Below, piece by piece: positions 63,807 through 64,000 of a stretch of 64,000 nt of DNA. Source of the stretch: an uncultured Chloroflexia bacterium. GTDB lineage: Bacteria; Chloroflexota; Limnocylindria; Limnocylindrales; CSP1-4. The position numbers were made by a program, and so were the translations under genes. The stretch covers positions 139,199 through 203,198 of the forward strand of contig CAVOIR010000001.1 of assembly GCA_963696045.1 (NCBI GenBank), in the 5' to 3' direction. A model generated the notes under the pieces. It searched no databases. It saw only the letters and a program-made list of their open reading frames with translations, and had not been told where the DNA came from. The stretch's first letter is position 1; each line of letters begins with the position of its first letter.

Positions 63807-64000
63807 ATCCCGCATGGCGGGGCCTGGCGCTCGGCTACTCGAGCGCTCGTGGTGCACCGACGCGGCGCACCCTGACCTCCGCCGGTGGCCGTGTAGGCGA
63901 TCAGGCCTGATGAAGCGTCCGATAAGCGTGGGATATGCTTGACGACGCCTACCCGCATGCCGAAGATACGTGCCACTCGGCGGGGGGTGACGTGCTCCGG

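Noticed and set aside
62011-63930. 12-13 nt inverted match (CGCTTATCGG[G/A]CG at about 62010 versus its complement at about 63917), plus shared CCTGAT/GATGAAGC strings flanking the vapBC-GT2 segment, as possible cassette boundaries
   Set aside because: The match is too short. Given the base composition, thousands of chance 12-mer matches are expected among all position pairs in 64 kb on two strands. No recombinase gene is nearby.
63683-63976. 97-aa minus-strand ORF at the right edge, and a TTGACG…GAAGAT promoter-like string at about 63938
   Set aside because: The ORF overlaps the end of the GT2 gene, has no recognisable family and has odd composition. The promoter guess has a poor -10 and no downstream gene within the window.

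Overview
Very GC-rich (over 70% by eye) chromosomal segment from a Terrabacteria-type lineage. Actinomycetota versus Chloroflexota cannot be resolved from the sequence alone. The window is densely coding and mostly housekeeping: pdxST, guaA, guaB3, tmk, mreBC, radC, rph, rdgB, mazG, cca, galE and an aspartate/aromatic aminotransferase. Four accessory blocks stand out. (1) A small islet beside tRNA-Thr holds a RanBP2-type zinc-finger/proline-rich protein, a MazEF module and a VapBC module. (2) A glucosylglycerate-type compatible-solute cluster contains a glycosylglycerate-synthase-like GT, USP, gpgS and glycerate kinase. (3) A roughly 21 kb cell-surface glycan locus spans 42.3-63.8 kb. It has several glycosyltransferases, wecB, DUF354, rmlB/rmlC, a Wzm/Wzt-like ABC-2 exporter, two tandem sulfotransferase paralogues with an unrecognised C-terminal module, and cysC. 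I consider this probable sulfated-glycan pathway the most interesting system here. (4) A second VapBC pair sits inside that locus. Major caveat: most recognisable genes can only be reconstructed by switching reading frame, one to seven times per gene, and this includes essential genes. I therefore read the sequence as carrying many indel errors rather than true pseudogenes. Gene ends and many starts are approximate. The very long ORFs in the track are chimeras or antisense artefacts of high GC. No rRNA, CRISPR array, transposase or integrase was recognised.
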